In this document: positions 28,968 to 39,600 of the stretch, one piece after another
How the letters are laid out: every line of letters begins with the position of its first letter
Numbering within the stretch: position 1 is the stretch's first letter
Sequence record: SRR20825019_1479
Strand: one strand, 5' to 3'
DNA: 45,994 nucleotides
The notes under the pieces: model-generated
The model's input: only the letters and a program-made list of their open reading frames with translations
Database searches by the model: none
Told to the model about the DNA's origin: nothing
Program-made: the position numbers and the translations under genes

Positions 28968-31160
28968 TTAGCCTTTTCTTAAAATAAGTTCAACACGAGT
29001 TCCTTCATTATTTTCGAAGACATTCTCAACTTTTACAGCTACTTTGTCTTTATACATTTCATTCAAAATAGCAATCCGTTTTTGGGTATTCCCCATGCCT
29101 TTTGACTTTTGTTTCTTTTGATTTTCTGTTTTAAATTCCATTGATTTTTCACGACCTATTCCATTATCAGAAATCGAAATTTTTATGGTTTCGGAAGTAA
29201 GCTGCTGAAAATTAATTTCCAACAATCCACTTTCATCTTTATACCGAAGTCCGTGCCAAACTGCATTCTCTACATACGGCTGAAGCAACATCGGTGGAAT
29301 CGCAAATTCATGTAAATTTATGTTTTCATCGACCGTAATTTTATATTCAAACTTGTCTTTGAATCTAAAATGCTCCAATTTAACGTACAATGCTAGCAAT
29401 TCAATTTCCTTTTCTAAAGGAATAAAATCTTCTTCACTATTTTCCAAAACGGAACGCATTAATAAAGAAAAATCGGTTAAATATTTATTTGCTGTTCGTT
29501 CGTCATTTACTGCAATAAAGCTATTTACAGAATTCAGCGCATTAAATATAAAATGTGGATTCATCTGCGATCGAAGCGATTTTAATGCTAAAATATTATT
29601 GGCATATTTTTGTTGTTTTACATTTTTAAACTGTGTGTAAGCTGCAAAAAATAGAAGCAATACAATGAGGATTAACGATCCAATAATCCACTTTTGAATT
29701 TGATTGTTTTTTTCAATCAACTCTTGGTTTTCAAAGGCAAGTTTATACCGACTTTCATTAAGTTTTCGGTCATTTTCAAGACTTGCAATTCGGTTTTGCT
29801 TTAAAGTAATTTCTTTGGTAAAACGTGCTGCTTGACTAATTTCCTGTTCCTTTTTCACATATAGTTCATCTACAACCTCTACATAACGCTGGTAACTTTC
29901 AGTGGCTTTATCAAACTCTCCAATATCTCGGTAAATTTCGGATAGCTTTCTAACCGCATCTTTTTGAACAACTAAATCTTCCTTTCTGTCTGCTTCAGCA
30001 ATACTTTTTTCAAGATATGGAATTGCCTGTTGGTACTTTTCCTGAGCTACAAAAGCGTTTGCAATTTTATAATTTTGACGTTGCGACGTTAACGCTTCGT
30101 CTTCAACTTTAGCATCATTTTCAATCGATTTTAATTCATTCAATGTTTCTTCACGAAGTTGGATTTCTTTATCATATTCACGGTTTTGACTATAAAAATC
30201 GGCAACTTTATTTTTTTCAGAAGCTGCACGCTGCATGTTTTCCTTTTTAGCAAGCTTTAAGGAATTGTCAAAATACTCCTCTGCTTCATTTAAGGCACCA
30301 CTTTGCGCATAGGTTTCCCCAATTTTTGAATTTAAGTTGGTGATTTTTGGCGTTATCTTGTTATCTTTTGCAATATCTAATGCTTTTTGATAATTGAAAA
30401 CACTTTTTACGTCATCACCAGTTGCTTTGTAGGTGTCGCCTAAGCCTTCATACACTTCTACTTTTTGATATGCAGAGAGGCTTTCTTTTAATAATTTTTG
30501 AAACGCTAAAATGCTCTCCTGGTAATTTTTGTTTTGTGCAAAAGCTTTCGCCAGTTTAATAGAAACCCCTACCGATTTAGTGTTTTGAAGACTTTGTTTG
30601 TAATTATCTATAGCCAAATCTGGTTGACTCCAAAAAAGATTTATATCCCCTAAAGTTTCAAAAGCAAGACTGTTTTCTTGTTTTGAAATTGTTGTTCCTC
30701 GTTTAGGTTCTATCGCTTTGGTTATATATTCAATACTTTTTTGTGCATCTTTTTTCAAAAAGAATTTAGCTGAATCCAGATTTACTTTAAACCTATCGCG
30801 ACTTGGTGCGTTTGAAGTTGTAGAAATAATGGGCTCATGTTCTAACTTTGCTTTTTCTACACGAACGGTTATAAATTCATCACTTTTTATTGTGTAGTAA
30901 ACCGTTACAAAATCATCACTTTTTATTACAAGCTCATCGCCTATTTTGGCTGAAATTGTAAACCTACCAGATAAATTTGTGGTGGTGTATTGTCCGCCTA
31001 AAATCTCAACATTCACCCTAGCTATAGGCATATTTGTTTCGCCATCTCTAACTTCGCCACTAAGCATAAAATTTTTCTCTGTTTGGCGTTTCACTTGCGA
31101 AAACCCTTCAACAGAAAGAAAAAAAGAAAGCGTAAAAAAAATAAAAATTAGTCTTCTCAT
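28968..31160 (-). CDS. LytS-type sensor histidine kinase with periplasmic carboxypeptidase-regulatory-like and TPR domains
   Basis: Signal peptide; LSGEVRD..PIARVNV..TTTNLSGRFTI; TPR helices; one TM; QMNPHFIFNALN, PPMLLQPYVENAVWHG, DNGIGR. Confidence 0.9.
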   Translation of the reverse strand: MRRLIFIFFTLSFFLSVEGFSQVKRQTEKNFMLSGEVRDGETNMPIARVNVEILGGQYTTTNLSGRFTISAKIGDELVIKSDDFVTVYYTIKSDEFITVRVEKAKLEHEPIISTTSNAPSRDRFKVNLDSAKFFLKKDAQKSIEYITKAIEPKRGTTISKQENSLAFETLGDINLFWSQPDLAIDNYKQSLQNTKSVGVSIKLAKAFAQNKNYQESILAFQKLLKESLSAYQKVEVYEGLGDTYKATGDDVKSVFNYQKALDIAKDNKITPKITNLNSKIGETYAQSGALNEAEEYFDNSLKLAKKENMQRAASEKNKVADFYSQNREYDKEIQLREETLNELKSIENDAKVEDEALTSQRQNYKIANAFVAQEKYQQAIPYLEKSIAEADRKEDLVVQKDAVRKLSEIYRDIGEFDKATESYQRYVEVVDELYVKKEQEISQAARFTKEITLKQNRIASLENDRKLNESRYKLAFENQELIEKNNQIQKWIIGSLILIVLLLFFAAYTQFKNVKQQKYANNILALKSLRSQMNPHFIFNALNSVNSFIAVNDERTANKYLTDFSLLMRSVLENSEEDFIPLEKEIELLALYVKLEHFRFKDKFEYKITVDENINLHEFAIPPMLLQPYVENAVWHGLRYKDESGLLEINFQQLTSETIKISISDNGIGREKSMEFKTENQKKQKSKGMGNTQKRIAILNEMYKDKVAVKVENVFENNEGTRVELILRKG

Positions 31161-31291
31161 TTTGTTTTTTATAACCTACAAAAATTGTTTGTTTCCTTTA
31201 AAAAAGCAATCGCTTACAGGATGGTAAACATACGCACTTTAGCGCAATGCATAAAATTAGGTTTTTCTAAAATAGCCTTCACAACGACCGA

Positions 31292-31354
31292 AAACTACAC
31301 GTTAACTCACCCAAACTATACTTTTACTAATTTAAAGTACGTGCTGCCTCAAAG
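31292..31354 (+). promoter_or_regulatory. Three imperfect direct repeats at 21-bp period, candidate LytTR binding array
   Basis: AAACTACACGTTAACTCACCC / AAACTATACTTTTACTAATTT / AAAGTACGTGCTGCCTCAAAG starting at 31292, 31313 and 31334. Confidence 0.5.
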
Positions 31355-31426
31355 TAGCTTTTTTTTAGAAAAAGTTCGACTTAGGTTTACGCTATTGAAA
31401 ATTGAAATGATAAAAAAAAGAAAATT

Positions 31427-32575
31427 ATGAAAAAGCTACAGATTATCCTATTGCTAACAGTCGTTACATTAACGGCTTCATGCAAAGCAGAAACCAAAAA
31501 ACCAGAAACTTTAGCATTTGCTACTGCTGAAACCCCTAAAAAACAACACTATATAAAAGTGGCTTTGCTTTTGGACACGAGTAATAGTATGGATGGACTT
31601 ATAGACCAAGCCAAAGCACAATTGTGGGAAATAGTAAATGAGTTGAGTTATGCGAAATACCACAATAACCGACCAAAACTACAAATAGCTTTATATGAAT
31701 ATGGCAATGATAATTTGAGTGCTTATAACAATTACATTCGTAAGCTTTTGAGTTTTACAGAAGATTTGGATGATGTTTCAAAAGAACTTTTTTCTTTAAC
31801 CACCAATGGTGGAAGCGAATATTGTGGTACTGTAATTCAGGAATCGTTGGATAAACTGGATTGGGGCAGTGAAAATGATGATTTAAAAATGATTTTTATT
31901 GCTGGAAACGAACCTTTTGATCAGGGGAAACTAAACTATAAAGATGCAACTACAAACGCCAAAGAGAAAGGTGTGGTTGTAAATACTATTTTCTGCGGAA
32001 ATTACGAACACGGGATCGATAGCTATTGGAAAGATGGTGCTCAGCGTACCTATGGCGATTATATGGCGATAAATCAAGACCAGCAGACCATTTATGTGCC
32101 TTCGCCCTATGATGATGTTATAATTCAATTAAATGTGAATTTAAACAAAACGTATGTTCCTTACGGAAGTTCAGGGAGTCATAAAGTACGTGTGCAAAAG
32201 GAGCAAGATGAGAATGCAGCAGAGTATAGCATCGCAAATGCGGTAAGTAGAACGATTTCTAAAGGAAGCCATTTATACACAAATAGCACTTGGGATTTGG
32301 TTGATGCAGAAGCCGAAGCAGATTTTAAATATGAAAAATTGAAAAAAGAAGATTTACCGCAGGAATTAATGGGGAAGAATCCTACAGAAATAAAAAAATA
32401 CCTTGAAGCAAAGCGTTCTGAAAGAGAAGCAATCCAGAAACAGATTATGGAATTGAATGAAAAGCGTAGAACGTATTTAGCCGAACAAAATCATAAAACT
32501 CAAAATGGTTTAGAAAACGCTATGTTGGAGGCAATAAAAAAACAAGCGCAACAAAAAAACTATTCTTGGGAGTAA
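31427..32575 (+). CDS. von Willebrand factor A-domain lipoprotein
   Basis: Lipobox LTASC; MIDAS LLDTSNSM, TNGGSEYCG, IAGNE; coiled-coil C-terminus. Confidence 0.85.
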   Translation: MKKLQIILLLTVVTLTASCKAETKKPETLAFATAETPKKQHYIKVALLLDTSNSMDGLIDQAKAQLWEIVNELSYAKYHNNRPKLQIALYEYGNDNLSAYNNYIRKLLSFTEDLDDVSKELFSLTTNGGSEYCGTVIQESLDKLDWGSENDDLKMIFIAGNEPFDQGKLNYKDATTNAKEKGVVVNTIFCGNYEHGIDSYWKDGAQRTYGDYMAINQDQQTIYVPSPYDDVIIQLNVNLNKTYVPYGSSGSHKVRVQKEQDENAAEYSIANAVSRTISKGSHLYTNSTWDLVDAEAEADFKYEKLKKEDLPQELMGKNPTEIKKYLEAKRSEREAIQKQIMELNEKRRTYLAEQNHKTQNGLENAMLEAIKKQAQQKNYSWE

Positions 32576-32590
32576 GTTATTTTTCTTATT

Positions 32591-32634
32591 AACAATAAAG
32601 CCTGACACTTTATATTGTGTCAGGCTTTATTGTT
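32591..32634. terminator. Bidirectional terminator
   Basis: Perfect 18-bp inverted repeat AACAATAAAGCCTGACAC/GTGTCAGGCTTTATTGTT between convergent genes. Confidence 0.88.
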
Positions 32635-32651
32635 TTTATTAAGCATTAAAA

Positions 32652-33653
32652 TTAATTAATTGCTGGACAATTACAGTCGTACGGTTCTTTTCTACCACCC
32701 AAAAAGTCATAACCTATAGTAATTTGGTGAAAGCCTCCACTTTGAAGCTTTATAGTTCCTGATTGGTGGGAATAGGTATATGCAAACATAAATTTATTAT
32801 AGTTTATACCCAGAATAGGCGTAATATACTGTAGCTTCTGGCCTTTTATTTCTTGTCCGTCCAGGTATTCTGCTCCATCAAAGCTTCTTCTATAAGATAA
32901 ACCACCCCATAGTTGGCCAAAATCCATAGTTCTATATGCCTTAAAGTTTATATCCATAGACTGTTCTCCTGTACGTTCCGTCCATTGAAAAAGGAATGAA
33001 GGTTCATAGCTCCAATCTGCGCCATATTGCCCAATTGCATATGCTGCTGAAAGTATGTATTTACGCTGATTGTTTGATTCAAACTTTTCAGAATAGATAG
33101 ATCTATTTTGAAATATGATATTCTTCACGGTAAAGTGAGAAGAGAAGTCTAAGAAATTATAGGAAAGTCCTGCATCTACGTTAAAGTAAGATGAACTTTG
33201 AATAATTCCTCCAATCACAGGATCGAAATCTGTTAAATCAAATTGGGTTTCATCAAGTCTTGACTGTGTCAATCCTGCACTTAATCCAAATGATAATTGA
33301 TTTAAATCTGCTTCACTTCTTGAAAACATAATATGGTGGGCATAGGTTATATATCCTCCAGTTTGAGAGTGGTATCCATTTTTATCATTATAAAAGATAG
33401 CACCAACCCCAGATTGTTCACCTAATCGTGCATTAAAACTAAACGTTTGAAGATTTGGCGCTTCATCTTGATCAAACCATTGCTGCCTTGCTGTTAATCG
33501 TAATTGATTATGCGTAGCGGCACCAGCCATAGATGGATGCAATAAGTATAGGTTATCAGATAAGTAATCTGAATATACAGGTATTCCATCTTGAGAAAAT
33601 CCATAAAGCGATGATATCAAAAGTAGGATAAAAGGAATTTGTTTGATGTTCAT
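32652..33653 (-). CDS. PorP/SprF-family T9SS outer-membrane protein
   Basis: LLHPSMAG, RQQW..AP, YAHH, GLSYR, GFHQITIG; directly downstream of a type-B CTD protein. Confidence 0.88.
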   Translation of the reverse strand: MNIKQIPFILLLISSLYGFSQDGIPVYSDYLSDNLYLLHPSMAGAATHNQLRLTARQQWFDQDEAPNLQTFSFNARLGEQSGVGAIFYNDKNGYHSQTGGYITYAHHIMFSRSEADLNQLSFGLSAGLTQSRLDETQFDLTDFDPVIGGIIQSSSYFNVDAGLSYNFLDFSSHFTVKNIIFQNRSIYSEKFESNNQRKYILSAAYAIGQYGADWSYEPSFLFQWTERTGEQSMDINFKAYRTMDFGQLWGGLSYRRSFDGAEYLDGQEIKGQKLQYITPILGINYNKFMFAYTYSHQSGTIKLQSGGFHQITIGYDFLGGRKEPYDCNCPAIN

Positions 33654-33662
33654 AATCTCTGT

Positions 33663-36600
33663 TTATCGTTTTAGGGTAAAATGTCCTTTGAATTCTTTAG
33701 CGACGTCGTCCTCAGTATATTCAACTCGGAACCAGTAATCACTAGATGGTAGTGGGTTACCGTTGTAGGTTCCATTCCATCCTGTATCTAACGGACTTAA
33801 TTGCTTAAGCAGTTTTCCGAAGCGATCAAAAATATAGATTTTAGCTGTAGGATCACCTGCTGCAATTCCAATAATATTCCAAGTATCATGATAACCATCG
33901 GAATTTGGCGTAAAATAAGGTGGGTAATCAATTACACCTACATCAAACGTTACTTCACCACAACCAAATTTATCTTTGATAGTTATTGTGTGGTTTCCTG
34001 GTTCAACATTTTCAAAGATATTACTGTCTTGGAATGGGCCATCATCTAGTTGGTATTCATAAGTACCTTCACCTTCTGCTATCACTTCAATTATATGGTT
34101 TCCTGCAAAGGCGCCATTAATCAAGTTTGCTTCATAAACAAATGGTGGTGATGACACTGTTACAGTAGCGCTCACAACGTTTTCACAGTTTGAAGCTATT
34201 TCAGTATAAGTAAGTGTGTAAACTCCTCCTTGAAGCGCGATAATTGAAGGGCCATTTTCTCCTACAAGAATTACCCCGTCAAGATCCCACTGGAATGTGT
34301 ATAGTGTTGGGTCTAAACCTGAATCTATAATTGGTGGGGAAGGGCTTCCTTCTACTTCTTGAATTGGATTACCGTTTTCATCAACACATAAGCGGTAATC
34401 TCCATCAAAAGTTACGTCTTCTATTTGTTCTACTTTAATAACCATCTCTGCGATGCCGTAACATTTTGGCTCTAGAAGATTATCGTTATTTGTAACCCTA
34501 ATATAAATACGTTGTGGATTGATGATGTTTACATAAGGGAATGTAATTGCTTCAATACCAGCTGCTGCTTCATCTTCTGTTTCATGGAACGTTATTTCAA
34601 AAATAGCTGGGTCTTGTCCTCCCAATATTTCTGCTCTCAAATCTGAAACCTGTTGGTTAGTAACATCATCAAAATCAAACTCTCCATAACCATCACTTGG
34701 TGGAAGGTTATCACAAATAATAAATGGTTCGGATGGTGAATTTGCAGTAGCTCCATCTTGAACAATAAGTTCAAAACTTTGAATACCACCAATGTAACAA
34801 CCTGTTTCCGTATTACGGATTCCAGTATATATTAATTGTGGGTTTATAGGGTTGTTATTACCATCTTTATTTTGGTATGAAGTTGTATTTACAATTGCGT
34901 TGATACCGTTTTCAGCATCTACCATGTCTATATAAAAAGTAACTTCAAAAGGAGGTTGTGTTTGTCCGCCCAAAATCTCATCAACCTTTGTTTCTAAGTT
35001 AAAGACTCCAATTTCACTACCATCTAATGAACAGCCAATATATGGTGTTACTATAGCGCTATCATCTGGTAGCGGATTAACTATTAACTCAAGCTCTACA
35101 ATTTCAAAACATAATGATGTTGGGTTTGTAGTACGTACATAAATAATTTGTGGATTGCTTGTGTTTTGGTATGCTGTAACTTCAGGAGCAACTATTTCAT
35201 CGTTCTCATTGATAGCATCGTCATAACTTTCATAGTATCCTATAGTCCAATTATTACCGTTTAGAATTTGCGTCTCACGGATAGTAAGATCAAATATTTC
35301 CACTTCATCATCAGGTCCAGGAGGAACTATTTCATTTAAATCACAAAGTTCAATTGGTTCAGGATCCACTGGGTTTGGATTAGGAACAACTCTAATGATT
35401 AATGTTGTAAATGAAATACATCTGCTATTGCTATCTTCCACACGAACATACAATAATTGTGGATTTATTGGGTTTCCGCTAGCATCTTCATTTACATAAG
35501 CAGTATCAGGATCTATACGGTTTACGTTGTCCTGAGCATCTTCTTCTGTTAAGAAATATGAAACACCTTGCGTTACTACACCGTTTGTTATTTCACCATT
35601 TTTATCAGTAAGATTAAAACTAGTTTTTCCATCGAAATCTTCGCCTAAATCATCACATAATACTAATGGAGTTGGGTCAACGATTAGTAAACCACTATTT
35701 ACAACTAGATCAAAACTAGCTACTTTATAACATTCTGTAAGATTATCGGTTAATCGAACCCAAATGGTCTGTGGACTACCTGTATTTGTATACACCTCAG
35801 GTTGAACGATAAAACCGTTTCCTCCAGCAATTGCATCAGGTTCATTAAGGTAATATCTAAGTGTATAATCTGTTGGGGTTTGAGTGCCATAAATTAACTC
35901 TTCTTGAACCGTTAAATCAAATTCATAAAAGCCACTATCATCACAAGCTACAAGATCTGGCAGATCATTTGGAACAAGAGGTGTAGGATTTACAATCAAA
36001 TCTAAAGTTACAATTGTATAACATCCTGAATCTGCTGGTGGCACATCATAAGCAACCCGAACAAATAGTGTCTGGTTGTTTAAGAAAATATTCTCATACG
36101 GACTAGTTAGTGCAGCATCTCCAGTTCTGGCATCAAACATTGTTTCATGATAGGTTATTATTAAAGTAGGATCTCCCCCTCTAATTTCATCAGATTTACT
36201 TTCTAAATCGAAGAATGCTATTCCATTATTATCCATATCACAAGCAAACAACGGAGTTGGTTCTACTGGCTCAGGGATTGGATTAACAATAATCATAAAA
36301 CTAAGTGATGTTCTACATGTGTTTTGTCCTAATATGGTAACAAATATTTCTTGCTGTGGAATATCAACATTTTGATATGCTGTAGGATTCGTAATTCGAA
36401 TATCGTTATCCTGATCAAATTGTGAAGCATAGTAGATTACTGTTAAAGTAGGATCACCATTGGTTATTAATGGAGTATTCTCCGTTAAATCAAAGGTTGA
36501 AATACCATCATCAATTGTACTACCATTAACTTCATCATCACAAAGAATCAAATCGTCTGCAGTTCCTGAGCCTGGGAAAACACCTGCTATAATTTCAAAA

Positions 36601-39600
36601 GGTGTAATTCTTGCACAGCCTGTTGCAATACTTGCTAAACGCACCCATATTGTTCTACTTCCACTTTCAAAAGCGTCTGGAGTAGTAATAAAAGGAGTGC
36701 CTGCCTCAGCATCAGCTAAGCTAATGTGATAAGTAATTGGGTCAAAATCTGCTGGGTTTTGCCCATTGTAAACCGATGTGTTCTGAGCTGTAAGGTCAAA
36801 AATAGCCATGCCATTACCATCTTCATCACAAACAAAGATTGGGTCTTCAAAAGTAGTAGGATCTACTCTATCTGGAAGTGGCACAACAATAAGTTCTAAC
36901 TCTACAATTGTATAACAAGGTAATTGTCTTGGTGGTACATCATTCGTAACCCTTGCATAAATAATTTGGTTGAAAGGGGTTGTATTTGTGTAAAGACCTA
37001 AAATTTCTGTTCCAGGAACACCGTCTATCGCTTCTTGTTCAGTTTCATAATAAAGAACAGAAACATTATTCTGGCCGTTTATTATTTCTGCATCACGTAC
37101 AGTAAGATCGAAGAAGTTTACAATTCCATCATCAATAACTCCTTCATCACAGAACTCAATTGGTTCAGGATCCATTTTTGGATTTGGATTTGGCAATACA
37201 TTCAATGTAACTGTTACATCGTTTTCACAGCCAAATTCTGAGGTAATTCTTCCAATAACCGTTTGTGGCGTAGCAATGTTTTGATAAGTTTCTGGGTTTA
37301 ATATTGGAGTTCCAGAAGCTTCAAACCATGATACAGTTAATCCAGGAGCACCTCCAGTTATTAAAAAGTCATTTAGGGTAAGATCAAAAGTAGAGATACC
37401 ATCAATTAAGGTACTTCCTTGAAGATCATCATCACAAAGTGAATTTGTAAATGGTCCGTTATTAATTGGAACTCTATCTACAAAAAGTTGTAATTCTACA
37501 ATATCGTAACATCCTTCTGCGCCATTTGGATTTGGAGGAATACTACTTTGCGCATTTCCAACTACAAGTACAAATAAAGTTTGTGGGTTTGCAGTATTTG
37601 GGTATGCTCCAGGTGCTGCAATTGCAGCTGAAAAATCTGGTGCAAGTAAGGCAGCATCTCCAGCAGTTTGTGCATCTGCAAGAAGTTCATAATAATAAAT
37701 ATCATACTGTGCAGGATCTAAAGCTCCTAAAATATCAGCCTCCGCATCTGTTAAATCGAAAATTTCTACTCCATCCCCATCAAAATCACAGGCTCTTAAT
37801 GGCTCTGGCTCTGAAGCAATTGGTGAAGCGTGCACTTCTAATGCAAATGAAATTATTCGATGACAGGTATTTACATTTGTAGTTACTCTTGCCCAAACAC
37901 CACCTGTTCCATAATCTGGCGCTAGTGGATCTGTGATTGGCACATCATTATAAGGAATATCGTTCTCATAAAGAGTTGTAATAGGCGAATCATTATTTTG
38001 AGCATTCAATAAAGTTGTATGGTAAGAAACCGTTAGGTTAACATCCATATTAGTGATAAAATCATCTTGGCTTGTTAAATCGAAGTCAGCAAAACCATCA
38101 TAATCAGAATCACAAGCAATCATAACACCAGGTGAAAAGGCATCGGGAGTAGGCTCTACAATAATTAAGAATGAATTTGTTGCTCTACACCCATTCTGAC
38201 TAAAAGCAGTAACAAAAATACGCTGTTGTGTAGCCGTAGTATTTTGATACGCAGAAGGGTTAGCTATAGGGTTATTAGCTGCTTGATCGCCTGGAGATGC
38301 GTAATAGAATACATCCAAATCAGGATCTCCTAATGAAATAAGATCATCATTAACCGTTAAATCAAAGGTAGCTAAACCATCAGTATCACTACCGCTAAGT
38401 AAGTCATCACATTCACTTAAATCATTACCTACACCAATGGTAGGGAAAAGCTCAATAGCAAGTTGAAATTCTGTAATACGAACACAACCCGTTATTATAC
38501 TCTCTAAACGCACCCAAATTGGCACGCCTCCAGCACTAACGTATGCTGATGGATTTCCTATTTCAGTTCCAGGAACAGCTGCTTGTGCAGTTGCTAAATC
38601 TGTATCATAATATAAAATAGGTAAAAAGTCTGCAGCATTTTGAGTACCGATAACACCAACATTTTGGCGTGTTAAATCGAAAAGTGCCGTGCCGCTATTC
38701 GTTTCATCACACCCAATAAATGGATCTGTAAAAGGAGGCATTTGAGGTTTATCTGGCAATGCAATTACGTGTAATTCTAGCTCTACAATTGTATAACATC
38801 CTAAGGTTGCAGGAGGAACATTCTTTTCTACACGTGCATACACTGTTTGTATAAATGGAACTGTATTAGTAAAAGGCATTGTTATTACCGTTGCTGGCAA
38901 ACCAGCAATTGCTTGTGCTTCGGTTCTAAAGTAACGGACAGAAACATTTGCTTCATTATCAATAATATCTGCATCTGCTAAATGAAGATCCCATCCACCA
39001 ACAAGACCGTCGTCATCGTCATCACAAAGCTCCAATGGCGTTGGCGTCATATTTGGATTTGGGTTTGGAAACACTGTTAAAGTAAGTGTTACCAATGTTT
39101 CACAACCACGACCTGACGTAACTCTACCAATTACCGTTTGTGGCGTTACTGTATTTTGAAAGGTTGTTGGGTTTGGAATAGGGTTATCTGCAGCTTCATC
39201 TGCAAAATTTAAGAACCATTCAACAGTTAATGAATTATCATTGTTAGTTACATCTGGATCAATACTTGTAAGATTGAAAGTAGAAATTTCATCTGTTAAG
39301 GTACTTCCTTGCAATTCATCATCACAAAGATCATATGAAAAAGGTCCAAAATCTACAGGAAGAGGGTCCACATGAAGTTCCAACTCCACAATATCATAAC
39401 AACCCTCAGCACTGTTTGGGTTTGGTGGTATGGTTCCAGTAGTATTACTTACTATTAATATATATATAATCTGTGGATTGGTATTGTTAAAAAAGTTTGT
39501 TGGATCTGCAATAGCCTGTGAAAAATCAGGAGTTGGGGTTATTGCTAAATCCCCAGCAGCTACTGCTTGTGAGAAATTTTCATAATAATAAAGATCGAAA

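Noticed and set aside
31292..31354. Periodic repeats as a mini-CRISPR
   Set aside because: The 21-bp period leaves no spacers, the repeats are degenerate, and there are no cas genes.
31185..31430. 81-aa ORF upstream of the vWA gene
   Set aside because: TTG start, no recognisable motif, and it spans the divergent promoter and repeat region; probably a chance ORF.
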